From a virus, in the IMG/VR virus record IMGVR_UViG_3300032782_000005, positions 15,485 through 79,484 of that record: 64,000 bases of DNA. One strand, given 5' to 3'. The first letter of the stretch is position 1, and each line of letters starts with the position of its first letter. The position numbers and the translations under genes were made by a program. Below are positions 49,775 to 59,815 of the stretch, piece after piece. Under the pieces are notes generated by a model. The model saw nothing but the letters and a program-made list of their open reading frames with translations, did not search any database and was not told the origin of the DNA.

Positions 49775-51104
49775 CGAAGTTGCCAGGCGACGGCGTGTGC
49801 GTGATGGTCTCGCTCACGAGGGAGCAGGCCGACTACTTGATCTGGACGCAGACAAGGCTGCGCGAGATCGGCAAGCCGGACGCGACGCTGGCCGACGCCG
49901 TGCGGGCCGTCTTGGACAGCGACATCGAACAAGCACACGGCTTCGGAAGGGATACTGCCGTGGCGAGCGTGGACCACAAGCCCTTGTTCTGCACGGACGA
50001 TAAGAAAGCGGCGGAACTCATGTCGAGGCCGTGGGCAGGCCCGAACGCGGGGGGCGGGAAGTGATCGACTGCGTGTTCTGCCGGAGGAAGCCATGACGCC
50101 GGAGAAGATCGAACAATACGATCACGCGGACGATGTAGCGTTCCAGGTTTGGAAGCTATGCAAGGACGCTGAGCCTCTGACCCGGCAAGAGCGGGACGAT
50201 GCTCATAGGAAGGCCGCCGATGTCATCGCCTCCGCCCTCCGCGAAACCGTGAAGTCCTCCCTGGACCGCGCCGCCGCGCACTTCGAGGCGATGAGCGACC
50301 GGGAACGGAAGGCGGCGGATGGTGTGCATTCTTCCGACGTTCCAAACAGGATAAAACATTTCGCTCGCGCCGAGGCCCTGCGCGACGCCGCCTTGCACCT
50401 GCGGATGAATGGAGGAGGAACATGACGCTCGACGACGCCAAGCACTGGTTAAAAAAGTACGCAGAACGGTACGCGCCGGACGCCGGAATAGCCGAGATGA
50501 TCCGCACCGTCCTTGCCGCCTTGGAACGGCAGACAGTCTTTGCCACAATTGGCGCAAACGACGCCGACGTGGACCTGCTCTTGGAGCGATTCGACCAAAC
50601 AGCGCCTGAATTGCAGCGGAAGATTGTCGTCGCCTTCGTGGTTAAGGCCCATGCCGCCGAGGCCGAGCGGGACGCTCTGAAAGAACAAGTGATTGAACTG
50701 TCGGAAGGCTATGCCATGAGTGGTTACGCCGACCGGATTCGACACCTTGCCGAAGAGCGGGACGCGGCGCTTGCCCGCGAGGTGGCGCTGCGGGAGGCGC
50801 TGCTATACCTCTACGAGAGCGGACCAACGAGCGGCAATAATGAGTCGGAGCGCGCTGCTCTGGTGCAGGCGAAAGCCGCCCTCGCCGCCCCAGCCCCGCA
50901 GCTGGCCATGTGGAGCGGGTGAAACGGCTGGAAGATGACAGAACGGCGTTGACTGTTCTTGTGCGCGAGGCCGCGACGGAAGCGACTGTGGATCACTGCG
51001 ACGAGATGCGCCCCGGCTGCTGGTGGTGTCAGAGGCCAGCGCGTCGTGGCCATTCAAAGGACTGCAAAGCGGCTCCCATTCTCGCCCGCCTCACGGAGAC
51101 ATAA
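49771..51104 (+). CDS. Four hypothetical genes (49771..50064, 50093..50425, 50422..50922, 50919..51104)
   Basis: Coupled ORFs with RBS. Confidence 0.55.
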
Positions 51105-51131
51105 CGCCACCAGGGTCCTACGATTGCCATC

Positions 51132-52652
51132 ATGGACGACTTCCTCACGCGCTATCCCTTCATGGCGAGCCCGCTGCACCTGATGTCGGCCCACCACGCG
51201 GACACCTACCTCAAGACGCCTCCCCACCTGTACGCCCTCAACCGGGAACTCATCAAATTCCACCTGGCCGACGGTGGGACGTGGTTAGGCGTCAACATGC
51301 CCCGAAGGTGTGCGAAAACGGAGATTGCCTCCATCGGCTTCGCGGCCTGGGAACTTCTCTCTCGTCCGGACACGCAAATCCTCATCGTCGGCCACGCCGA
51401 GACGTTCGCCATCGAGCAGATCGGCAGGCCCATCCGGGACATCGTGGAAAGGTTCGGACCCAAGATAGGAGTCAATATCCGCGCCGACGTGAAGGCCGCC
51501 GGCAGCTGGAAGATCGAGGGCAGAGAGGGTGGAGTCAAATGCTTCGGCCCGGCCAAGGGTGGAGTCGGCTACGAGGCGAAAATCTACATCATCGACGACC
51601 TGATCGCCGACATCGAGGACGCCTTTTCCCCCGACCAGTCCGAGAAGCACTGGCGCTTCTTCATGGGCACCGTTTATGGCCTCCTCACCAACCAGACAAA
51701 ACTCCTGGTCGTCGGCACTCGTTGGTCCAAGCGCGACATCTTCGGCCGACTGGCCAAGTTCTGCGCCTCCGTCGAGAGGGAATTCCCCATCGTCCGCTAC
51801 CCCGCGATCGCGCCCAAGGAAGACATCGACCCGGACACGGGACTCGACCCCATTGGTCGAAAGGAAGGCGAAACGCTCTGGCCCGAGCGCGTCAGCCTCA
51901 GCCACGTCCTTGGGGCCAAAAAGCTCATGGGACCGTTCTGGAACGGCTATTACCAGCAGGTCCCCATCGAGAAGGAAGAGGCGCTTTTCAAGGTGTGGGA
52001 ATGGCCGACTTTCCGAATCGACGGCCACCTGTACGTCCTCGTGCAGAAGGGAGTTCCCAGACCGATCCCTCAGTCTCATGTACCGATCTTCGTCACCGTG
52101 GACTGGGCCTACAGCGAGAAGAAGAAGGCCGACCGGACCTGCATCCTGACCCTTGGGCTCCTTCCCGACGGCGGGATAATGGTTCTTAATTGCATCGCCA
52201 ACCGCTTTGGGGTAGAAAAGGGGCCGGCGATGCTGGCAACGGTCTGCCAGGCCGTCCACCCGTTCGTCGTCGGCATGGAAGGCCACACGGCGATGGTCCT
52301 GGAATGTAGAAGGCATCCGCAGATACCGGAGCCCCGGCAACTTCAGGTGCGGAGCAAGACGAAGCTATTGCGAGCAGCGCCAGCCATCGACATGGGCGGC
52401 AGCGACGACGACGGCAGACCGCACAAAATCTGGCTGCCCGAGGACGCCCCGTGGCTCGACGACTTCAAGGCGGAAGTCGGGGATTTCACGGGAATTGACG
52501 ACGCTCACGACGACATCGTGGACGCTCTGGCCTGGGCCTGCCAACTTGCTCAGGAATTTCGCGGGACCGGATCGGGTTCGGGAGAGCCGGAAATCCTGAC
52601 CCCCGCGCCCCAGAGGTTCCCGTCCACGCCGTACATGGGGGGTCTGACTTGA
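51132..52652 (+). CDS. terL: Terminase large subunit
   Basis: Walker A variant NMPRRCAKTE; IIDD; GTRW; YQQ.P; VDWA; HDDIVDA. Confidence 0.92.
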   Translation: MDDFLTRYPFMASPLHLMSAHHADTYLKTPPHLYALNRELIKFHLADGGTWLGVNMPRRCAKTEIASIGFAAWELLSRPDTQILIVGHAETFAIEQIGRPIRDIVERFGPKIGVNIRADVKAAGSWKIEGREGGVKCFGPAKGGVGYEAKIYIIDDLIADIEDAFSPDQSEKHWRFFMGTVYGLLTNQTKLLVVGTRWSKRDIFGRLAKFCASVEREFPIVRYPAIAPKEDIDPDTGLDPIGRKEGETLWPERVSLSHVLGAKKLMGPFWNGYYQQVPIEKEEALFKVWEWPTFRIDGHLYVLVQKGVPRPIPQSHVPIFVTVDWAYSEKKKADRTCILTLGLLPDGGIMVLNCIANRFGVEKGPAMLATVCQAVHPFVVGMEGHTAMVLECRRHPQIPEPRQLQVRSKTKLLRAAPAIDMGGSDDDGRPHKIWLPEDAPWLDDFKAEVGDFTGIDDAHDDIVDALAWACQLAQEFRGTGSGSGEPEILTPAPQRFPSTPYMGGLT

Positions 52653-53453
52653 CCGAAGCGCGTCCGTCCCTGAACGGCCTCCCCTTCCACCTGAAAAACG
52701 ACGGCGGCGCCCGCTTCCTCGAATACACGGGCGATTTCGGAGGGGGCTACCGGACTGTCTGCTATCTCTACGACCACGAGCCGATGTTCAGCCCCGTAGT
52801 CAGGCTCATGAAGCAATACCGCGACCTGGAGCAGAAGTTGCGCGATGTCGAGAAGGAGCGCGACGACGCCCTGGCCGCGGTCGAGACGCAAAAGGCCGTG
52901 GTAGCGCACAAGGACAAGGTGATGGCCGGCTACGAGGCCCAGATCGGACGAAGCAAGAAGACAAGGGAGCATCAATGAACAGGCGAGAAATGATGGGGAA
53001 GACGCTGGCGTCGTCGGCAGGCGTGATGACGTTTCCAAAGATCGCCAACGCCGAAGAGACGAAGGACGCGCCGCGCTTCAAAGGCGTCGGCGTCCTGCGC
53101 TATCCGCAGGGCTACGGCTCGACGGTCGAAGATGCCGAACGGCGCGGCAAGTTGAACCGGGAGATTGCTCAGAACATCGCCGAAAACGTCCGCGAAGGGT
53201 CGGTGATCGCGTTTCCCAACAACCGGGACAGTTGCGGCGAATACGATTGGGACTTCCGGATCGAGGGCGGCGATCCGGGGCAGGTGAAGGTCGTGCGCGG
53301 CGACGTGGAGACGCAAAAATGAGATGCGCCGCGGTCTGCAAGCCCTGCAAGTTGCGCGTGCGCTGTCCCTGCGGGAAGGCGCACCTGATCTCGTCCGAGG
53401 TCAGGACAGTGTTGTGCGAGTGCGGCCGGAAAATCCTCGTGGACAGGCGGTGA
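52649..53453 (+). CDS. Three small genes (52649..52978; 52975..53322 with Tat-like NRREMM start; 53319..53453 Cys-rich)
   Basis: Coupled ORFs. Confidence 0.55.
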
Positions 53454-53456
53454 GCC

Positions 53457-54749
53457 ATGCCCTCGTCCAGTTCGTCATCGGGTCCGGCGCAGACAGCGTA
53501 CTGGAATCCCACGGCTCCCCCTGTGGCGCAGGTTGATTCGCTCACCGTTGGCGCAGTCGCCCTTGGCGGAGTCATAACCGCGACCGTCGGGATTTACCCC
53601 AATCAGGGCTCCGTTTCTTACACCTGCACCGGCTCCGATACGACCTCAACCGCAGCCTCCGCCCTTCAGGCGCTGCTCGCAGCGCTACAGGACGGAAGGT
53701 TTCAGGAGATCGCATGGACCGTCTCGGGCGCGGTCATTACTGCTACTGCCCAGACGGCTGGGACGCCATTCACCCTCGCGGCCTCATCTTCCGGAGGCGC
53801 GACGCTGACCCGCGCCGCCGTGACGGCGAACTCTTCTCCCAATGACGCCGGAAACGCCCAGAACTGGAACCGCAACGGTCAACAACAGTTGCCTCAAAAC
53901 GGCGACGCGGTGATCGTCCAGAACAGCGCCGTCTCGCTCCTGTGGAACCTTGGAACACTGGCAAGCGTCCAGTTCGCCTCCTACACGCGCTGGCAGTCCT
54001 TCACCGGACAGATCGGCTTGCCCCCGGTCAACAAAAACGGATACGTCGAGTATCGGCCCCAATATCTGCAATTCGCCGGCCCACCCGGCGGAACGCTGAC
54101 GATGAACTTGGGTCCGGGACAGACGGGGAACGGCCCGAGCCTGGAGCGCTACAACGTCGGGACTCAGCAGACGACCCTGAACCTCCTGGGCTCCGGAACG
54201 GCCTCTCTCGACTACGCCGTCTACTTCCTTGGCTCGAACGTCTTCAACGTCCTCAACGTCTACGCCGCTTCAATCGGAGTCGCCACGCTTCCCGGCGAGA
54301 CGGCCTCGATCCAGACTGCGACGGTCCTGAACGGCGCGACCGCGACCTTTGGAGCGGGTTGTACGTTCTCCGGGACCCTGACCCTGAACAACTCGGGCGC
54401 GGTCCTGTTCGACGCCCCCAACACGATCTACGCCCAGCAATCTTCTCAGGTCGTCGTGGAGTCGAGCGGCGGCCTCCAGTATCCAACCGTGACGGCCATT
54501 TCCGGCTCGACCATTACATGGTTGAGCGACGGGAACATCTCCACGCTCACCCTCCAGACGGGCGCCACCTTCGATAAATCGCAGGACGCCCGCCCCATCG
54601 TCGTCACGAGCAGCAATCAGGATGGCGATAGCACTGTATCGAAGGACCCGTGGTCCGCTATCACCTGGACGAATCCGATCACTTTCCGGAACGCGGTCCA
54701 GAATGGGCCGGTCCAGACGGGACCTGGACGCACGTTCAAGCTCGTCTGA
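53457..54749 (+). CDS. Putative virion protein (beta-helix-like) with N-terminal poly-Ser
   Basis: T/S/G/N-rich and almost uncharged; starts MPSSSSSSG. Confidence 0.6.
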   Translation: MPSSSSSSGPAQTAYWNPTAPPVAQVDSLTVGAVALGGVITATVGIYPNQGSVSYTCTGSDTTSTAASALQALLAALQDGRFQEIAWTVSGAVITATAQTAGTPFTLAASSSGGATLTRAAVTANSSPNDAGNAQNWNRNGQQQLPQNGDAVIVQNSAVSLLWNLGTLASVQFASYTRWQSFTGQIGLPPVNKNGYVEYRPQYLQFAGPPGGTLTMNLGPGQTGNGPSLERYNVGTQQTTLNLLGSGTASLDYAVYFLGSNVFNVLNVYAASIGVATLPGETASIQTATVLNGATATFGAGCTFSGTLTLNNSGAVLFDAPNTIYAQQSSQVVVESSGGLQYPTVTAISGSTITWLSDGNISTLTLQTGATFDKSQDARPIVVTSSNQDGDSTVSKDPWSAITWTNPITFRNAVQNGPVQTGPGRTFKLV

Positions 54750-54751
54750 CG

Positions 54752-54773
54752 CTACTGGTAAAATTACCAGTAG
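54752..54773. repeat. 22-bp palindrome, copy 6
   Basis: CTACTGGTAAAATTACCAGTAG followed by GAAAATT. Confidence 0.95.
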
Positions 54774-54806
54774 GAAAATTAAAGATCACTAAAATGGGTT
54801 TTTGAC

Positions 54807-55088
54807 ATGGGCAAGATTCTGACGACCGAGAACGGCGAGCAGAAGGCGCAGGCCGTGGAACTCGACCCCGAGGCTAAGGGCTGGCTCCTGATCCAGTTCC
54901 ACCCGCAGAAGGGCTTCTTCAACCACTCCGGCGGCGAGATTCCCGCCGACCAGATGTACATCCACCTGTCCGTCCTGCGGCAGAAGATCATGGGCATGAT
55001 GATGGCTATTGAGGCTCAGGCCCAGGCCAAGCAGGCGGCGACGCGCGTGCAGCCGGCCTCGGCCATGCGGTCGCCGTTCGGGCCTTGA
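54807..55088 (+). CDS. Hypothetical protein
   Basis: GC3-rich ORF. Confidence 0.6.
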   Translation: MGKILTTENGEQKAQAVELDPEAKGWLLIQFHPQKGFFNHSGGEIPADQMYIHLSVLRQKIMGMMMAIEAQAQAKQAATRVQPASAMRSPFGP

Positions 55089-55113
55089 CTGCCGGCGCGA
55101 GTCCATCTACACT
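55085..55113 (+). promoter_or_regulatory. Sigma70-like promoter
   Basis: TTGACT-N17-TACACT; GTG 7 nt downstream. Confidence 0.7.
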
Positions 55114-55120
55114 TCCCTAT

Positions 55121-55261
55121 GTGAATACCTCATCGACAGTCCGGTTGAGAAAGTGTAAGCGCTGCGGGCATTCGTGGCTGCCGCGCACCTTGCGCGTCCC
55201 CATTACTTGCCCGAAGTGCAAGTCGCCGTACTGGGACAGGCCAAAAACCAAGGCCGGATAG
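55121..55261 (+). CDS. Small zinc-ribbon protein (below the ORF-track size cutoff)
   Basis: ...KCKRCGHSWLPRTLRVPITCPKCKSPYWDRPKTKAG. Confidence 0.8.
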   Translation: MNTSSTVRLRKCKRCGHSWLPRTLRVPITCPKCKSPYWDRPKTKAG

Positions 55262-55265
55262 CGAA

Positions 55266-56051
55266 ATGAAATTCCACCCCGTCGCCGACATGTTCACCCT
55301 GATCGAAGGCGAGGATTTTGCCGCGCTGGTAAAGGACATACGCTCCAATGGCCTTCAAGAATCCATCAAGGTCATGGAGGGGGCCATTCTGGACGGTCGC
55401 AACCGCTTCCGCGCCTGCGAGGAGGCCGGCGTCGAGCCGTATTACCAGAACGTCTCCCCTCAAGACCCAGCCGCCTACGTCATGTCGGCGAATCTTCATC
55501 GCCGCCATCTAACTCCCGGACAGAGGGCGATGGTCGGTGCGCGGGCGAGGAAGTGGTATGACGAGGAGGCGAAAAGGAGGCAACAGCAACACGCCAGCAC
55601 GGCGCCCGGCAAGAGGAAAACACTTCCGGCAAATTTACCGGAAGTGAATGGCGACGCCCGCGACCAGATCGGCAAGGTGGTAGGCGTCTCAGGGAAATAC
55701 ATCGACTACGCCACGAAGGTTCTCAACAACGCGACGCCGGAAGTGGTCAAGGCCGTGGACGAGGGCAGGATGGCCGTCCAGACGGCCGCCATCCTCTCCA
55801 CCGAACCCGAAGAGGTTCAGAAGAAAGAGGCCAACGACCCGAAGCGTCGGCGCGATTACAAATCGTGCAGCGCGCCGCAGGCGACCGACTCTCATCAGGA
55901 AGAGGAGGAAAACGAAGAGATCAAAGCCAAGGGCGTCGGCGTCATCCGCGCCAGCGAAGCCATTAACTGCCTGATCCGGATTCCAAAAAACGACGCATTA
56001 CGGAGGCGTGGCCTCCAACTCGTAACGGATTGGATCAGGCACAACCAGTGA
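55266..56051 (+). CDS. ParB-like protein with HTH
   Basis: HPVAD.F, LDGRNR, SANLHRRHLT..QR; internal palindrome at 55621-55646. Confidence 0.85.
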   Translation: MKFHPVADMFTLIEGEDFAALVKDIRSNGLQESIKVMEGAILDGRNRFRACEEAGVEPYYQNVSPQDPAAYVMSANLHRRHLTPGQRAMVGARARKWYDEEAKRRQQQHASTAPGKRKTLPANLPEVNGDARDQIGKVVGVSGKYIDYATKVLNNATPEVVKAVDEGRMAVQTAAILSTEPEEVQKKEANDPKRRRDYKSCSAPQATDSHQEEEENEEIKAKGVGVIRASEAINCLIRIPKNDALRRRGLQLVTDWIRHNQ

Positions 56052-56059
56052 GGCGAACC

Positions 56060-56872
56060 ATGTCTTCGAGGAAAATCCAGGTCACGAAGAACTACGCGAT
56101 CTTCGTGCAGCACAGCAACGAGAACAGGCCGCTCGACCTTCGGAAGCACAAGAAGCTCATGGATTCCATGAAAATCTACGGCTTCCTGAAGTGCTTCCCC
56201 ATCGTCGTGCGCCGAGAACGCGGCGGCGACGGCAAGGAAAGGCTGCTCGTCAAGGACGGACAGCATCGCCTCATCATCGCGCAGACGCTTGGCCTGGCGG
56301 TGTACTGGGTCGAGGAGGAAGTGGACTTCGACGTTGCCGTGGTCAACAGCGCCGCCAAGCCGTGGCAATTGCGCGACTACGCGCAGAAGTTCGCCGCCAA
56401 TGGCAACCTCCAATATCAGGAAGGTATGGACTTCTCGGACCAATACGCCCTGCCGATTGGGACGGCCTTCGCGCTACTGGCGGGAACGACGACGTTTTCC
56501 AACTGCCAGAACGCCTTCATTCAGGGGTCATTCAAGGTCAAGGACAGGGCATGGGCAGACGCAGTGGCTGGCCTGTACGGACCTCTGACGGCCATGTCTC
56601 CGCATGTGAAGAACGCCCGCCTGCTGGAAGCGTGCATGGCAGTCTGTCGCGTCAAGGAATTCGACCGCAACCGCCTGCTGTCTAACGCGGATCGCTGCCG
56701 GGAAAAATTGGCGTCCTATTCGACCAGGGACGCCTACCTCGACATGATGGAGACGATCTACAACTTCGGACGCAAGCAACTTCTGGGTTTGAAATCAGCC
56801 GCCGTCATGGCGATGCGTGAGCGCGACGCGATCAGCAAGAACAAAAAGAACAAGAAAAGCGAGGCAGCCTGA
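56060..56872 (+). CDS. ParB/Srx N-terminal domain protein
   Basis: NRP, PIVV, DGQHRL, N...KPW. Confidence 0.8.
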   Translation: MSSRKIQVTKNYAIFVQHSNENRPLDLRKHKKLMDSMKIYGFLKCFPIVVRRERGGDGKERLLVKDGQHRLIIAQTLGLAVYWVEEEVDFDVAVVNSAAKPWQLRDYAQKFAANGNLQYQEGMDFSDQYALPIGTAFALLAGTTTFSNCQNAFIQGSFKVKDRAWADAVAGLYGPLTAMSPHVKNARLLEACMAVCRVKEFDRNRLLSNADRCREKLASYSTRDAYLDMMETIYNFGRKQLLGLKSAAVMAMRERDAISKNKKNKKSEAA

Positions 56873-56873
56873 C

Positions 56874-57119
56874 GTGACTCGCCGCACCTTCTTCGCCGCG
56901 CTGGCCGCCCTGTTCGGGGCGGCGGCGCTGCCGAAACTTCCGCCGAATTGCCGCCCACGCCGTCCGGCTCGTGACGTTGCCCGTTTCATGATGCCGTCCC
57001 AGAAATACCCCTGGATGGCATCGAGCGCCGCCCTCAACGCCCACATGAATCGCCTCATGACCGACCCCGCCTACGCCGACGCTGTGGCGCGGCTGCCGAT
57101 AACGGGAGAGAAGACATGA
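56874..57119 (+). CDS. Small protein with twin-arginine-like signal
   Basis: TRRTFFAALAALFGAAALP. Confidence 0.5.
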   Translation: MTRRTFFAALAALFGAAALPKLPPNCRPRRPARDVARFMMPSQKYPWMASSAALNAHMNRLMTDPAYADAVARLPITGEKT

Positions 57120-57331
57120 TGCCGGCCCGCGTTACCTTTCTTTCCCTTTTCGTCTTTTGGTCGATGCTGCTGTTTTTTGAGCGCACGGTCGGTGACTGGC
57201 TCTTTCTCGTCATCTGTGCCATCGCCTTCGTCGTCGGGGAATATCGCAGTTTCCACAAGTGTAAAACGTGAAATCCCCAAACTGCCCTTGACTCTACCTC
57301 CCCCATCCTCACTACGCTAAGCCCCATCCTC

Positions 57332-58873
57332 ATGGGGTCAGGCGCAATGCCGCAAGTTTGGAAAGAGATCATCAGGCCAGGAAAGCACGTCTACATCGAC
57401 GGCGACAACAAGCCGGCGGTCCTGAATGCCACTCCCGAACACCTGAAGCACTGGTTCGACAGCGGCAAGGCCATGCTGACGGCGGGCCTGGCGATTCCGG
57501 TTCCCTTGGAACACGATCCCAAAGCCAAGCCGATGACTGCCGCCGAGAAGGCGGCCAATCAGGTACTCCACAACGCCGGCTGGATTCAGGATTACAAGAT
57601 CGAGAAGATCAAGGACGAGAAGGGGCGCGAAACTCAGGCCCTATTCGGCCTTCACGACATCCCCGACCCGAACATCTTCAAGCGCCTTCCCCACACAATC
57701 AAGTGGGTCAGCCCGTGGATTTCCTCGTTCGTCGATGGCGCGGGGCGGGCGTGGTCGAACGTCATCTCGCACTCAGCCCTGACGACCCGGCCAAGGATCG
57801 CGCAACAACTTCCCTTCCCCAACGTGTCCGCCGCTTTGTCATTGGCTGCTCCAGCTCCCGACCCGATGACGATGCCCATCGGCGGCGGCTTCGCGTTATC
57901 GCGCGCCGGCCTCCTGAATGACGACGGCAAACCGGCCTACCCGCGAGTCTTCTCCCTCATGGCCGGCGTCCGCCTCGCCGTCGAGGACTTGAAGGCATCG
58001 CCCAAGAAGAAGCCAGAAGCCAAGCCGCCTCCCAAGAAGGAAGGCGCGGAACCAGTCGCGTCCGAAGGCGGCGGCGAACCCCCCAAGCCCGAAGGCGAAA
58101 AGCCTCCGATGGGCGGTGAGGACCCCAACGCCCTCCTCCAGCCCATCGAGGAGGCGCTGGTCGATCCCGACGGAGACATCTCCGTCCACGAGGTACTGTG
58201 CGACCTTCTGGAAACAGTGGACATCATGCTTGAAGAGGGGACGCCCGAGAACTTCGAGGAGCGTCTTTACAAGGCCCTCATGGACAAGATGAAGATGGAC
58301 AAGGCAGGAGACGACACGATGGCTGACCAAACCAACCCGAATCCTGCCGCCCCGCCGAGTCCCGAACCGAAGGTCGCGCCTCCTCCCATGTATATGAGCC
58401 AGCAACCCGTGGCCCTGTCTCTGGAGCAGATCAAGGCTATCACCGACCCCACGCTCAAGAGCCTCGCCTTCTCCCTTCATCAGCAGCAGGAGCGGAACGC
58501 CGCCCTGGAAAAACACGCCTTCACACAAGCAGGCGAGGCCCGTCAGAAGCGGCTGGGGAAAATCCTCCCCATGCTCAACGAGGCGGCGCAGAAGAAGCTC
58601 CTGGAACGCGCCAAGGGGGCGCAGTTCAGCCTCGGCGCCGACGGCACGGTGAAGGACGACCTCGACGAGGTTCTGGACATGCTCGACGGCCACGTCCTGA
58701 ACGGCATCGACCTTCCGGCTCTCTTGACCAACCCGCAGGCGGCGCTGGCGGTCATGCCCCACCCCAAGGAACTCGGCGGTGGAACCACGACGGATCGCGT
58801 GAAGCAGGTGGTCAACGAGCAGATGAAGAACTCCGGCAAGAAGCCGGTGTACGAGACCAACGGAGCGAAGTGA
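57332..58873 (+). CDS. Mu gpI-like prohead protease/scaffold
   Basis: LEHD, AGWI, WVSP, HSALTTRP; low-complexity and helical C-terminal half. Confidence 0.7.
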   Translation: MGSGAMPQVWKEIIRPGKHVYIDGDNKPAVLNATPEHLKHWFDSGKAMLTAGLAIPVPLEHDPKAKPMTAAEKAANQVLHNAGWIQDYKIEKIKDEKGRETQALFGLHDIPDPNIFKRLPHTIKWVSPWISSFVDGAGRAWSNVISHSALTTRPRIAQQLPFPNVSAALSLAAPAPDPMTMPIGGGFALSRAGLLNDDGKPAYPRVFSLMAGVRLAVEDLKASPKKKPEAKPPPKKEGAEPVASEGGGEPPKPEGEKPPMGGEDPNALLQPIEEALVDPDGDISVHEVLCDLLETVDIMLEEGTPENFEERLYKALMDKMKMDKAGDDTMADQTNPNPAAPPSPEPKVAPPPMYMSQQPVALSLEQIKAITDPTLKSLAFSLHQQQERNAALEKHAFTQAGEARQKRLGKILPMLNEAAQKKLLERAKGAQFSLGADGTVKDDLDEVLDMLDGHVLNGIDLPALLTNPQAALAVMPHPKELGGGTTTDRVKQVVNEQMKNSGKKPVYETNGAK

Positions 58874-58879
58874 ACGAGA

Positions 58880-58987
58880 GGGGCCGGTTCCTCGCCGGCC
58901 AACGACAGGCACAGGCGGAGTAATTACCCGCCGCATCGTGCCCGAAACACGCAGCCTTCGGGGGCTGGCGAGAAGCCGGCCCTTTTT
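58880..58987 (+). promoter_or_regulatory. Multi-stem RNA structure ending in a U-tract (attenuator or stabiliser)
   Basis: GGGCCGGTTCCTCGCC pairs with GGCGAGAAGCCGGCCC, followed by TTTTT. Confidence 0.45.
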
Positions 58988-59006
58988 CGTCTGGAGGCTG
59001 CGGCCA

Positions 59007-59780
59007 ATGAGCCAGATCAGTTCCATCATCGGCAACCTGCCCGGCATGGGCAGCCTGATCGAGACCTACGAGGCCGCGATCACCTGGGGTCCCGCCTACC
59101 AACTCCTGTGGTGGAACGGCTACATCAACGCCAACGCCATCGACTCGGGCAACACCCCGACGTGGAAGCTCCGTCCCGGTCTTGTCCTGGGCCAGCGCTG
59201 GACGGACGGGACGTACACCAATTACTCCCCGACGGCCACGGATGGCTCGCAGATCGCCTCTGCCGTGCTGGCTTACGGCCTGCGCATGCAGGACGTTCTG
59301 ACGGGCGTGAACACCACAAAGTTCTACGCCATCGTCGTCGGCGGCCGAGTGAAGGGCGCGAACCTGATCGGCCTGGACAACCTGGCCCGCGCGCAATTGT
59401 CCAGCAAGTTCATCTTCGACGACAACATCGTCGGCAACGCGCCTTACGACTGGATCGGCTTCCAGACCAAGACCGCCAACTACCCGCTGGTCGCCACGGA
59501 CAACTTCTCCCTCTTCGACAACACGGGCGCAACTGGCGAAGTGGACCTCACGCTCCCGGCCATCGCCAACGGCTACAAGTTCGGCCTGCACTGCTCCGTG
59601 TCGCAGACGTTCAAGTTCGTGTCGTTCGAGGGCGGCAACATCGTCGGCGACACGGCGACGCGCTCCACGGTGAGCGTGGCGGCCATCGGCGGCGGACTGC
59701 TGATTTACTCCAACGCGGCCGGGACGAAGTGGTACGTCTCGAACTACTCGTCCGGCTCGCAGACGGTCTCGTATTCGTGA
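59007..59780 (+). CDS. Head decoration protein with C-terminal extension
   Basis: LRPGLVLG...Y.P.ATDGSQ.A.AVL (lambda gpD-like pattern); immediately precedes the major capsid gene. Confidence 0.7.
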   Translation: MSQISSIIGNLPGMGSLIETYEAAITWGPAYQLLWWNGYINANAIDSGNTPTWKLRPGLVLGQRWTDGTYTNYSPTATDGSQIASAVLAYGLRMQDVLTGVNTTKFYAIVVGGRVKGANLIGLDNLARAQLSSKFIFDDNIVGNAPYDWIGFQTKTANYPLVATDNFSLFDNTGATGEVDLTLPAIANGYKFGLHCSVSQTFKFVSFEGGNIVGDTATRSTVSVAAIGGGLLIYSNAAGTKWYVSNYSSGSQTVSYS

Positions 59781-59815
59781 GCGATCCGCCGCAAGGCGCT
59801 GACGGAGATTGAAAG

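Noticed and set aside
50900-50925. Possible -1 frameshift joining 50422..50922 and 50919..51104
   Set aside because: A normal GTGA overlap with a GGAG RBS explains two separate genes, and there is no slippery heptamer.
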